Of a stretch of 64,000 bases of DNA, positions 11,430 to 23,506 are shown piece after piece. The position numbers and the translations under genes were made by a program. Source of the DNA: Octopus sinensis. Its lineage: Eukaryota. The stretch lies in assembly GCF_006345805.1 (NCBI RefSeq), contig NC_042997.1, forward strand, positions 189,534,001-189,598,000. The letters run 5' to 3'. Under the pieces are notes generated by a model. It had not been told where the DNA came from. It was given only the letters and a program-made list of their open reading frames with translations, and did not search any database. Each line of letters begins with the position of its first letter. The stretch's first letter is position 1.

Positions 11430-11742
11430 CATATAGATGCATGTATGTATGTATGTATGTATGTATGTATGTATGTATGTATGTATGTATGTATGTATGT
11501 ACGTACGTAAGTATGTATGTATGTACGTATGTATGTATGTATGTGCGTGTGTTTGTCCCCCACCATCACTTGACAACCGATGTTGGTGTGTTTACGTCCC
11601 CGAAAAGTTAGCGGTTTGGCTTAAGAGAACGATAGAATAAGTACTGGGCTTACAAAGAATAAATCTTGGGGTCGACTTGTTCGACTAAAGGCGGTGCTCC
11701 AGCATGGCCGCAGTCAAATGACTGAAACAACTAAAAGAATAA
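11236..11742 (+). mobile_element. Family B SINE (tRNA head, ccttgggcaag CORE-like box, internal microsatellite, CR1-like tail)
   Basis: aggcgcaggagtgg head, internal (TA)n/(TATG)n, tail ggcggtgctccagcatggccgcagtcaaatgactgaaac. Confidence 0.9.
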
Positions 11743-12130
11743 AATAATAAAATCAATTTAATCAAATGATAACAACACAACACAACACAATAAAATATTA
11801 CTAACTATTATAAAAAAGCAATAAAATTAAATAATCTATTTTATACATACCATAAAGCACCTATTATTTTTATGATATTTTAAATAATATTTATATATTA
11901 CACAAAACACAAAAAACTAACGAGCAAGACCTGAATATAATGTCTAGACAAGTTCTAAAGAACAGATAAAATCTATGTTAAATCCACACATTTCTGTCTT
12001 ATATATATGCACATGTGTGAACTGACGAGCGAGATATCTAGATTGTAGTTAGCCATGTTAGGAATGGTAGTAAATGCTCCTTCAAATCACGCTTTTCTGT
12101 CTTGCGGTATCCTGATGCATTACTCGGATA

Positions 12131-12370
12131 CCTATTTCTTTACTACCCACAAGGGGCTAAACATAGAGGGGACAAACAAGGACAGACAAACGGATCAAGT
12201 CGGTTACATCGACCCCAGTGCGTAACTGGTACTTAATTTATCGACCCCGAAAGGATTAAAGGCAAAGTCGACCTCGGCGGAATTTGAACTCAGAACGTAA
12301 CGGCAGATGAAATACGGCTACGCATTTCGTCCGGCGTGCTAACGTTTCTGCCAGCTCGCCGCCTTATTAT
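12131..12370 (-). mobile_element. Family A SINE with 13-bp TSD
   Basis: Near-consensus copy; cattactcggata at 12118-12130 and 12371-12383. Confidence 0.95.
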
Positions 12371-12730
12371 CATTACTCGGATATCACCGGGTGTCTCAGC
12401 TCGATTTATATAGCAAAACCGGCCAACAAGGCTGAATTTGCGCCGTATCTCGACTTGATAGAAAGAGCAGCCAATCCATCCAACCATCAATCCACACACA
12501 CACATAGACGCAGATACAGACACAGATACAGACAGACATATTTAACTTCCAGACAAGGTTCTCTCTCCAGTACGGACGAGATAGTGAAGATGCCGACGAC
12601 CGCGCGGTTCAAAGTCTCTCTTGACCAGAAATGGCCTGAACTCTTTCTATGAACATCCTCCCTGTACATAACTCCATGTCCCCCTACATGGCCTTGCTTT
12701 TGCTTTTTGAGTCATAAAAATTAAATTAAA

Positions 12731-12774
<44 letters not shown>

Positions 12775-12925
12775 AGTAGTTGAATGAATTATCCTAGTAT
12801 GGATAATTCGGTTAAACGATACCCGGGTAGAAAATTCACGTCAGAAAACACGGTTGAAGCTACATGCCAAGGGCAGAGATCACGTGCTTTCGTGTGGAAA
12901 TTTGTGTGTTTTTTTTAACTGTAAA

Positions 12926-13142
12926 TAAATGAAAGAATGGAGTCGAACGACGATTTAACAAAATTCCTTTATTCTCGACATATGTTTCGAATACTGCATA
13001 TTCCTAATTTCGAAGGAATAAGGGGTAAGGCGGCATAATGCACCCCTTATTCCTTCGAAATTAGGAATATGCAGTCTTCGAAACATATGTCGAGAATAAA
13101 GGAATTTTGTTAAATCGTTGTTCGACTCCATTCTTTCATTTA
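12926..13142. mobile_element. Fold-back MITE-like hairpin, 101-bp arms
   Basis: 12926-13026 is the reverse complement of 13042-13142 with 2 mismatches and a 15-nt loop; (TA)n follows on the right. Confidence 0.9.
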
Positions 13143-13587
13143 TATATATATTTATATATATATATATACACACACACACATGCAAGACTGTAGGTAGAGC
13201 TTGAGGGAAACTTGACTAATTCTTGCAGGTCTAACTTCCACTTAGAGCTCTACTGTTTTTGACTCATGCATATACATTCATAAATAAATACATACATGCA
13301 ACGACACACACACACACACACACGCACACACACACACACACACACAACACACACACACACACGTATAAATACATATATATGAGGTAGGTACCTGCAGAAA
13401 CTTTTGAATATTGAACAAAATGTTTTTCAGGTACTGAGTTCAAACTCAACTGAAATCATCTTACCTCTTTCTTTTGAGGTCAGTATTATCACCAGAGTTG
13501 TGGGATTGATTAAAGTATGAACCCGCTCCCACTGAAATCAATTCTTGGCTTTGTGGCTATTAGCAATCATTATTTAACTTTCTACGT

Positions 13588-13642
<55 letters not shown>

Positions 13643-14108
13643 CAAATTGAGATAGGGGTTGTAAATGCAACCCTCCATGGGATAACATGGCCGAAACAGC
13701 TGTAAGATGTAATCTATATTTATATTTATATTTACTTACATTTATATTCTCTTATATATATTCTACTTATTGTATAACATTACTCTTTTATGTACACTTT
13801 TTTATGTATACTCCTTTATGTACACTGTTTTGCTCTACTTTTTTATGTTTAACCCTATAGTTTCTTATGTGGTGGTATAATAAAGTATGTGATTGAGTAT
13901 TATCTGGTAATTGATATTTGATTTAGATGTATTTCTCTATTTTCTTATTTTGCATATATATATATATATATTATATTTTATATGTAAAGAATAATATGCT
14001 ATATGTATGTATGTTACTACAATTATCAGTTTAATAAATAAATAAGTTAACATTTTAATGTCCAAAAGTTGATGAACCACCTATTGTCCTCCTCCATTTT
14101 CTTATTTG

Positions 14109-14152
<44 letters not shown>

Positions 14153-14759
14153 TATTTATTATATCTTTTCCTAGACATTGTGAACCCTTCACTACACAAA
14201 ATCTATTACGTTTCATTTGAATTATGAAGTAACAGTGATAGTGAAACTCTCACCATAGGAACCAAGTGGAAAGTATAAAAGTAAAACACATGAACGGTCT
14301 GAATATGGAAGATGTCGAGAAACGAGAGAGAGAGAGAGAGAGAGAGAGGGGGTGAGGGGGAGAGAGAGGTAGGTGGGGAGAGGGAAGAAGAGAGTAACTC
14401 GCTGAAAAGAAATGTGTGAAATGAAAGCAATGTAGTATTTTGGATTTATATTTTAATGGATTTTACAGACCTATTGCAGAATAATATATATATCATCAGC
14501 TTGGCATGTGCCGTAGAAGGAGAGAAACTGTTGCGCTTGCGGGTAGAGCTATGGTCTTATTCTTCAGGATGTGACTACTCCTTATGAGAAATATAATCGC
14601 TTACTATTTTGGGCTGATTCCATTCTTCTGTACTGTACATAATTGTCTTCCTTATTTCAAGTTCTGTCTTTCTAAAAATTCCTCTTTTTAAGTAAATTGT
14701 CTCATAAATTATATTTGAAATGATATCTATATTATATAATGATTATATTTGTATTATAT

Positions 14760-14895
14760 TCTGTTGTGTCAGGGGAGAGTCATTTTCTTTTTGTGCCTTA
14801 TAATTTAACACACTCACCGGTAAAATTGCCATTTTTTTCTTATTTTTATTTTCCTAAAATTTTCGTTGCGTCTTGCAACCTTTTCAATAGTCTTG
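14760..14895. repeat. Interspersed repeat, unclassified (second copy at about 52375-52500)
   Basis: Shared ggagagtcatt...ttataatttaacacactcaccggtaaa...gcaaccttttcaata. Confidence 0.7.
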
Positions 14896-15497
14896 ACTCT
14901 GTCCGTTATTTACACTGCGTTCCTTTCTGTTTGTTTGTACGCATGTATGTGGGTCAGTGTGTGTGTGTGTGTGTGTGTGTCTATGTATGCATGTACGTAT
15001 GCATGTATGTAGTATGTATGTATGTATGTATGTATGTATGTATGTATGTATGTATGTATGTATGTATGCATGCGTGTATGTATACATGTGTGTGTATGTA
15101 TATGTATATATGTGTGTGCATCTGTATGTATGTATTCTGCATATTAACGAGCTTGCATGTCCGTGTTTGTGTATTTTTTATGTATGTGTGTGAGCGTGTG
15201 TTTGTATATGTATGCACCTCTATCTTCTTGTGTGTGCATGTCTGTGTGTGTGTATGTTTTGGAACTATGTACCATGTTTGTATGTGTGGATGTGTATCTC
15301 TATATGTGTGGACCCGTGTCTCCATATGTGTCCTTGTGCGGAGTAAAGTGTGTGTATATATTTATATATATGGTCATGTGTTTCAGTCTCCATTTGCGTA
15401 TGTGTGCTTGTCTGTTCATATAACCTATATACCTATCCGTCTGTATGTTGATCTGTTTATTTCCATATCCATATGCTTACATACATGTGCATACACA

Positions 15498-15530
<33 letters not shown>

Positions 15531-15827
15531 TACATCTATCAACATAACAGCCCACTGACTATTCTACTCTACCTGTGTAAACTGTGGGTACGGAGGTATG
15601 ATATCTACTATTGTATTATATATTCTTTACTTTCTGATTTTTACGGACACGACTGGTACCTTGTCTGTCTTGAAAGAGATAGTCTTGGTAGGATTCGGCA
15701 GTGGAGCAGAAGGTAGAGCGAAAATTTCTAAATACACAGTATGGTTTAGATTGAATAGCGGTAAGCATTTAACAGTGTACCTCTGTCTTCGTAGCCAACT
15801 TCACACAGACTGTTTTGTTACTGTTTG

Positions 15828-15916
15828 TTTACGCTACCATCTTTTCACTCCGCATTCTTTACGCCATCATCTTCATACTCCGCGTTCTTTACGTCACCAA
15901 CTGATACTCTGCGTTC
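15828..15916. repeat. 30-bp minisatellite, 3 copies
   Basis: tttacgc...actccgc(a/g)ttc starting at 15828, 15858 and 15888. Confidence 0.85.
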
Positions 15917-16016
15917 CCTAACCAGTTCAAATCGTCCACCTCACAACAAAGACACACAAAACAAAGAATTGACTTGGAGCTAAACAACAACGCCAACAAG
16001 AATAACAGCAACAACA

Positions 16017-16425
16017 GTGGAAGCGCAATAGCCCAATGGTTAGAGCAGCGGACTCGCGGTCGGAGGATCGCGGTTTCGATTCCCAGACCGGGCGTTGTGT
16101 GTGGTTTATTGAGCGAAAACACCTAAAGCTCCATGATGCTCCGGCAGGAGGTGGTGGCGACCCCTGTTGTACTCTTTCGCTCTAACTTTATCTCATTCTT
16201 TCTTCCTGTTTCTTGTCCCCGACTTCCTACGCAACCGCTGAGCCTGGATGCGCATTCATCCATCCGTCGATGCTCTCGGTGTCGGGGGTTGACCTCTTTT
16301 CTCTTCTGCGGGTCTTACGAATAGCAAAGGACCACGCTTCGGACTTCTCCCACTACAGACAATCTTGAGGCGCGATCTTGCGAGCTCTGGGACGAAGACC
16401 GCTTCGCTCAACAAACAAACAAACA
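16017..16425 (+). mobile_element. Family C tRNA-SINE (OR1-like), tail type i, 13-bp TSD
   Basis: A box gcccaatggttag, B box gtttcgattcc, (AAAC)n end; aacagcaacaaca at 16004-16016 and 16426-16438. Confidence 0.85.
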
Positions 16426-18066
16426 AACAGCAACAACAATAGAATACAAAATCTAGACAAGACTGACGTTCTGCACTCTATACAATTCATCATTGCAAGC
16501 CGAGTGTGGTGTATGATTTTAGGTTAGATAGACGAATTGTTTTGACAAAAGAACAGCTATGCTTGTTGCATCTCGTCGTAAGCCGACAGCTTACTTCCAT
16601 AAGTCTTCTCAACCAGAAATAACCGAGAGCTGCACATCGTTAACAACTCCCAGTAAAATATCATGAGAGAAAGTCATAGAAAAAGGACTGTCTCAAAATG
16701 AAGCTATAGAATGGACTAAATTTTCATATGCCGAAAAAATACAGTACAAAATATAAACAAAATAAAGGGTAATGGTTTATATTTAAAAAGTATTAGAATG
16801 TTAGATTTGAATGCTATAATTTCACTTGATTACTTCTATAAAACATCATATATCGCTCACAGTTGAACGAAAAACTAACACAGCAAAAATATAAAAATAG
16901 CATTATAATAAGTCAAATGGGAATGATACCTTATAATATTAAAAAACAGAAAGAGCAAAGGGAAGTAGCTAATGAGAGCCAACAACGGGTGAAATATGGA
17001 ATGACGCATATCAAACTTTCCCAATAATTTTTCCCTTCCAATTTTCTTTATAGTGGTAGAAAGCAAACAGAAACTTGAAGGCAATTGTTAGTATAAGAGA
17101 TAATTTCAAAAATCTGAGAATCAGTTTCAGTTGTTTCAATGTGCATGCATATGGAAAAATGTATGAATTACAAGAAGGCTCTTTTTATGTTTCGGTTTTA
17201 GTGCACCTCCTCAGTATACATAGTTAAGTGACACCTGGTTCCGGCAATTGACAGTATTTTTTTTCTTACTTATAGAAATAAAGTTAGAGGATTTCCAGAC
17301 AGTATAATTCATATAATTAAAAACAAAAGATGCTGAAGCAAAATAAGATCGCCGATATTTAGTTTAACAATGATATCTGATAACAAAACTAACTTCAAAA
17401 TACAATTGTTTCATAACAAAAGAATTTCAGATGTTTGATTACAGTTCATCATTTTGCTGTAGGAATAGTTCCAACAGTATCAAAATAAGATATGTGAATA
17501 AATAGGTTATTAGAAAAACAAACAGTTTGACTTGGTCTGATGTCTTTTGATGGTTGATATCAGTGAAAAATAAGACAGTATTTTCTTAAAATGTATTTCG
17601 CATGAACAATCTTCGGAGCACTAACATCGAATTACTTACTGCAAACGTTGATTTCATTTCTTTTCCACCTACAAATGTTTTTGCTTGACATATGCTCCAC
17701 AAGTTTTGGATGAAATCTAAGTACAGAAGAGAAAAAGAAAGATCCCTGAAAAAATTCACCGAGTTTTAAAGGATTGATGCAGAATAAAGTGTAAATGATA
17801 ACAAATACTTGAAAAAATTTCAATAGCATTTTGTGTGGTTTGCTTTAAATCTGGCGGAATTAGGACACAAATGAAAACACTAATGTAAAGCGACGTTATT
17901 GTATTTGGCGTAAACTTAAATTTTAAATTAATTTCGTCATTATGCTAAACAAAAGCACGCAAACATATACACATACACACTCATATACACTCCTATACAG
18001 ATACACAGACATATACATCACATACACACGTAGACACGGTCGCCTATATATACGTATATGTTTCTC

Positions 18067-18105
<39 letters not shown>

Positions 18106-18465
18106 ATATTTCGGAATGGTCATATTGCCAGTATCAAAATATGTGAACAAATAGGTTATTAGAAAAACAAACAGTTTGACTTAGTCTGATGTCTTTTGAT
18201 GGTTAGAAAAACCACTATTATGCAATTCAAACAATGATAGACATAAACCAAGTCATAAATAAAAAATAAAAGATATTTTTAAAACATATAACTTCATCAC
18301 AAAAAGTACAAAAATGAATAATCAATATAAAGTAAAAAAAAAAAAAATCATTGTTTGAATTGCTTAATAGTGGTTTTTCTCTAATTGATATATTATATAT
18401 TTATATTGTGAAATTTGATTTAATACTAAATTGAATTTTTCCCTCTAAGTTTGGAGTTATACTCC

Positions 18466-18515
<50 letters not shown>

Positions 18516-18736
18516 GAAGGAATATTTTTCCAAACTTACAGGAAAAAATTCAATTTAGAAACACTAAACCAAATTTCACAAAATATAATATATATATAAA
18601 TTAGGAAAAAAACAACTTTATCAATTGAAAAAATAAATTATACCATCTAGAAAATTACGTATCATAGAAATATTAGATATAAGATTAAAACATATAACGA
18701 TGATTAAGTAATGTGCAAAATAATAAAATGTATATA

Positions 18737-18785
<49 letters not shown>

Positions 18786-19108
18786 ATATCCTTTAAAATC
18801 CGATGCAGACGGTACAAAAATATCATTTCAGATGCAGCGATAGCATTTATTCCAAATTTCTATTTCCGTGTGTCTGGAAATTTATGGACTATGGAATCAA
18901 AAAACATTGTCATAACCTGGATTATTTTAACTACTGTGCCCAAAAAGGCCAATGGAAATGCACTTTATGGTCTATGTGAAATTCTACATTACAAGAAAAC
19001 CTTACAAATCGTTGATTAGGAAGACGTAGATTTTGTTTATCACCACGTAAAACAATTCTGATTAACTTTCATTGTACAGAATATTCTCCACTTTAATGGA
19101 TTCTGATA

Positions 19109-19451
19109 GTGAAGGCGCATGGTTCAGTGGTTAGAGCGTCGAGCCTACGATTGTGAGGTTGTGAGTTCGATTCCCGGACCGGGCTGCGTGTTGTGTTCTT
19201 GAGCAAGACACTTTATTTCACGTTGCTCCAGTTCACTCAGCTGTAGAAATGAGTTGCGACGTCACAGGTGCCAAGCTGTATCGGTCCCTTTGCCTTTCCC
19301 TTGGATAACATTGGTGGCATGGAGAGGAGAGGCCGGTATGCATGGGCGAATGCTGGTCTTCCATAAACAACCTTGCTCGGGCTTGTGCCTGGGAGAGTAA
19401 CTTTCTAGGAGCAATCCTATGGTCATTTATGACCGAAGGGGGTCTCAGCTC
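19109..19451 (+). mobile_element. Family D tRNA-SINE with CORE-like domain (OR2-like), 14-bp TSD
   Basis: tgtgttcttgagcaagacactttat...ccagttcactcagctgtagaaatgag resembles the CORE consensus (gtgaccttgggcaagtcacttaa...cagtttcctcatctgtaaaatgg). aatggattctgata at 19095-19108 and 19452-19465. Confidence 0.85.
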
Positions 19452-19971
19452 AATGGATTCTGATATGGTACCCTTGCTACATCTTTCAATGTAGTAACGA
19501 TTTTATTGCTGCTGGGCATAAAACTGTGCTAAATTTATCTGCTAGTGCACAATGTAGACCATCAGCTAACTGCTATCGATCAATGAAAACCAATTTGGAC
19601 TGTGTTTCATTGAGCAGATTACAGGTTTCACTTTATGCTGTTTTTGAAAGCCCACACGTTGCTGGATACTCCGAGTAGTAACGGAGCGAATCACCAGCTA
19701 ATGTCTTGCGAATAAATTAAATTTAATTGCTATGAATTGTCGCCCCAAATAGATGACAGCGCGTCAAAATCGGTGATTATACGCAAAAGCCAGAGAGAGA
19801 AACAGAGAGTGAGGGCGAGAGGGAGAGAGGGGGAGAGAGAGGGGGAGAGAGCGGTCGAGGGAGAGAGAGAGGGATAGAGATAGAAAGAAAGGAGAAGGAG
19901 AGAAAGCGAGAGAGAGAAAGACAGACAGATAAACAGACAGAGGAAGGTGAGATTGCTCATTATGGATTTAC

Positions 19972-20225
19972 CGTGGTTGATAAGATCTGGTAGGGAAGTA
20001 TCTGCCAAACCACAGACAGATAATCGTTTCCATCAGGAATGTTGGTTGTTGATCTGCGAGCTTCTGGTTTGGCCTTATGTGCAGGTTCGTGAAGATCCAA
20101 ATACCTTGGAGACCCTGGTGTAGCTACCTTCCAAGAACCGTCCTTACTGAATGGTGGATGTCCAGCTTGAACCAAGCGGTAGACGTCCAGTGTGATATGA
20201 AATCTCCGCTTCATAGCAGTAACAC
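19972..20225 (-). CDS. Weak candidate 254-nt exon
   Basis: Non-repetitive open frame (GVTAMKRRFHITLDVYRLVQAGHPPFSKDG...GNDYLSVVWQILPYQILSTT), acceptor gttag|GT and donor ACG|gtaaat. The pyrimidine tract is weak. Confidence 0.2.
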
Positions 20226-20280
20226 CTAACATTACGTTGTACACCAATATAGTACACGGCGTAACTTATACTCAATCATT

Positions 20281-20526
20281 ACTCTCTTTTACTCTTTTAC
20301 TTGTTTCAGTCATTTGACTGCGGCCATGCTGGAGCACCGCCTTTAGTCGAACAACTCAACCCCGGGACTTATTCTTTTGTAAGCCCAGTACTTATTCTAT
20401 CGGTCTCTTTTGCCGAACCGCTAAGTAACGGGGACATAAACACACCAGCATCGGTTGTCAAGCAATGGTAGGGGGAAAACCAGATACACAACACACACAC
20501 ACATATATATATATATAATACATATA

Positions 20527-20575
<49 letters not shown>

Positions 20576-20740
20576 GACGGGCTTCTTTCAGTTTCCGTCT
20601 ACCAAATCCACTCACAAGGCTTTGGTCGGCCCGAGGCTATAGTAGAAGACACTTGCCTAAGATGCCACGCAGTGGGACTGAACCCGGAACCATGTGGTTG
20701 GTAAACAAGCTACTTACCACACAGCCACTCCTGCGCCTAT
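20281..20740 (-). mobile_element. Family B SINE, full length
   Basis: Reverse complement of the family B consensus with internal (CA)n/(TA)n. Confidence 0.95.
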
Positions 20741-20779
20741 TAGCAAGTGAAAAAATAAAAAGAATGAACATTTCTCCTT

Positions 20780-21419
20780 TGTATACAGGATATATACGAT
20801 ATTAGAGCGCCAAAAAGGCTCCTGTACAAAAATTAGATATTATATTTAATGCGTAGAAGTATGGCAGTCGTCGGTCGCTATTCACTCTCTCTCTCAGCAT
20901 TGAAGAGTCCGGCGACTTTCCTGAATATGGCTTCGTTTGCGTATAAAGATGATTTCTTCTAGCTAATGCTATGAGGTATTCGTTTGATGACACGAGGCGT
21001 GTGGTTTAATTTTGGCCTGGATCTAGTTGCAGTGCATTTTGTAACTGTTCGTAATACTTTAGTGAGATGTAGCCAAGACACTTACATATCAAACGAGTGC
21101 GGTCGCCGTGTATATCTCTCAAGCAATCACTTACTCGGAACCTAAGTTTGAAACTTCTCAAAACTTCCCCTGCATGTCTGCAACCATTGTATTGCATTAG
21201 ATGCAATTATTACATTGCTATGTATTGGATATTCACTAGCATGAGAACTTCCGCAACGTTGTCACACACTGTACCCATTGATGTCCTATCATTTTAACAT
21301 ACCTGACCACTCCATTACCCATCTTTCGAGATCCATTTTTACACTCTAAAAGACGTCGCACTCCGAGGGGCATTAAGTACAATGCTTCATTTTCGCGTTC
21401 AGAACATTCACTTAAGTTT
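20780..21419 (-). mobile_element. Degenerate Penelope-like RT fragment between 18-bp direct repeats
   Basis: Minus translation NHTPRVIKRIPHSIS*KKSSLYANEAIFRKVAGLFNAE (21006-20893) resembles the PLE motif SNHPPxIIKQIPxSISxRLSxLSxNExIF. TSMGTVCDNVAEVLMLV at about 21230-21285 resembles VTMGSYDGAEVCELV. Confidence 0.6.
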
Positions 21420-21544
21420 GAATGAACATTTCTCCTTCCGTTTCTAATTCCACAACCCAAATACACCATTTTTATGTTGAAAAGTTCTATAAACAAGTTT
21501 TAAAAATTTATATTTGAAATTTTATTTCTATTATTGTTTAATTG

Positions 21545-21788
21545 TTTGTTTATGTATATGCGAGTCTGATTAAAAAGTATCGGGACTGTTGTTATGATAA
21601 CGGGCTAAAGTACGTCTGCCTGGCATAGATTGACCTTGAACTCTGTCGCGCATGCACAATGAGTTATAAATTTCTCGTTCACTTCCGTTGTTTACTGGGA
21701 CACCACGTTAAAGGGATTTAGTCCAGTACTTATCTTTAAAGCTTGATATTATTCTATGGGAATGTTTTGCTAGGATACACAGACGGAA
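21545..21788. mobile_element. Mariner-like terminal remnant, truncated by the gap
   Basis: cgagtctgattaaaaagtatcgggactg resembles mariner-type TIR starts (tacgaggtctgatcaataagtatccggac). Confidence 0.4.
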
Positions 21789-21888
21789 NNNNNNNNNNNN
21801 NNNNNNNNNNNNNNNNNNNNNNNNNNNNNNNNNNNNNNNNNNNNNNNNNNNNNNNNNNNNNNNNNNNNNNNNNNNNNNNNNNNNNNNN
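21789..21888. other. Assembly gap (100 N)
   Basis: Run of exactly 100 N. This is a placeholder length, so distances across it are unknown. Confidence 0.99.
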
Positions 21889-22029
21889 CTTTCACTTCCA
21901 CACAACTTTTTTACTTCAAGCAAGCATGGCATACAATTTCACAACGTCTTCTTTTTTTCATTTTGTGTATTCAATAAGTGTATTCGGGTGTGCCAGCATT
22001 TATTGTTGGGACGCATTTGTTTATAGGCA

Positions 22030-22086
22030 TGCATGTATGTATGTATGTATGTATGTATGTATGTATGGAGTATGTGTTAACGTATG

Positions 22087-22117
<31 letters not shown>

Positions 22118-22812
22118 TGTATGTATTATGATGTATGTATGTATGTATGTCTTTATGTATGTATGCATGTATTATTAATGCATGTATGCATGTTATGTAT
22201 GTATGTATGTATGTATGCATGTTATGTTATGTATGCATGTATGCATGTATGTATGTATGTATGTATGTATGTATGTATGTATGCATGTATGTATGTATGT
22301 AGTATGTAGTATGTATGTATGTTGTATGTACTTAACGTATGTATTTGTATGTATGTATGTATGTATGTACGTATGTATGTATGTATGTATGATGTATGTA
22401 TGTATGTATGTATGTACGTATGTATGTATGTATGTATGTATGTATGTATGCATGTATGTATGTATGCATGTATGCATGTATGTATGTATGTATGTATGTA
22501 ATGTTTGTATTATGTATGTATGTATGTATGGTGTGTGTGTATGTATGTATGTATGCATGCATGTAAGTATGTATGTAGGTATGTGTGTGCAATTCATGCA
22601 TTTATGTATGTGTGTATGTATGTAAATATGTGTGCTAGTTCGTTATACATATGCGTACAAACAGATATGTATACACACACACACATGTATAGAATTTGAT
22701 CAAGCTATTTCCGTCATTTATGACTTTATTCTATCTATCTTTCTATCAATCTTTAGCTAGCTAGCTATTTTCTATCTACACTATCTATATATATATATCT
22801 ATATATATATAT

Positions 22813-22871
<59 letters not shown>

Positions 22872-22899
22872 CTATTTATATATACACATATACATATAT

Positions 22900-22931
<32 letters not shown>

Positions 22932-23447
22932 GGTATGTATGTATATATATATGTATATATATTCAAATGTATGTATTTACAGATATTGTGAGTATTAGTG
23001 TGTCTGCATGTATGTTAGGTATTATGTATGTGTATTTGGAGAAGAGAGCATGTTGCAAACTTTTTGTTCATACAGAAAGCAGATGTAAATAAGGGAGAGA
23101 GAGAGGGGCGGACGGAGGGACGGAGAAAGAGAAAGAAAAAGAGAGCGATATGGAGAACACCCAAGTATATAATGCTTTCAACATATAATAATTACATGCA
23201 CTGACTCACACACACACACACAAACACACTCACACACTCACACACACACACACACACACACATATATGCACATATATATATTTGTGTTTTCTCTTTGTGT
23301 TTTCATGTTTGGATTAACTTTATATATATATATTATACATATATATACATAATATATTAGAATATATATATATATGTAATATATATGTATGTATATATAT
23401 GTATGTATGTATATATATAATATATATATATATATAATATATATATC

Positions 23448-23506
<59 letters not shown>

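Noticed and set aside
12553-12652. GC-richer stretch with two possible acceptors (YGRDSEDADDRAVQSLS*, neuropeptide-like YGR)
   Set aside because: Several frames and acceptors are equally plausible, with no signal peptide exon or recognisable peptide family.
13045-13100. GAAACATATGTC inside the long hairpin resembling hammerhead stem III
   Set aside because: No CUGANGA-like box at the required position.
14568-14635. DVTTPYEKYNRLLFWADS resembling an LDL-receptor YWTD repeat
   Set aside because: A single short match that runs into a stop with no good donor and no neighbouring repeats.
14739-15716. 325-aa ORF, the longest in the track
   Set aside because: Mostly (TATG)n/(TG)n microsatellite plus a repeat fragment; low-complexity CVYM translation.
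16017-16095. tRNA-like sequences (also 4991, 19109, 45156 and 55340)
   Set aside because: A and B boxes are present, but the acceptor stem is not closed and each continues into a SINE body, often with TSDs.
17173-17218. Minus-strand CTGAGGA ggt..acc GAAA CATA
   Set aside because: Only a 3-bp stem II, no stem I and a broken stem III; too decayed to call.
21121-21310. Strong minus-strand gtaagt/gtatgt donors suggesting small exons
   Set aside because: They fall inside the Penelope-like remnant and give no consistent reading frame.
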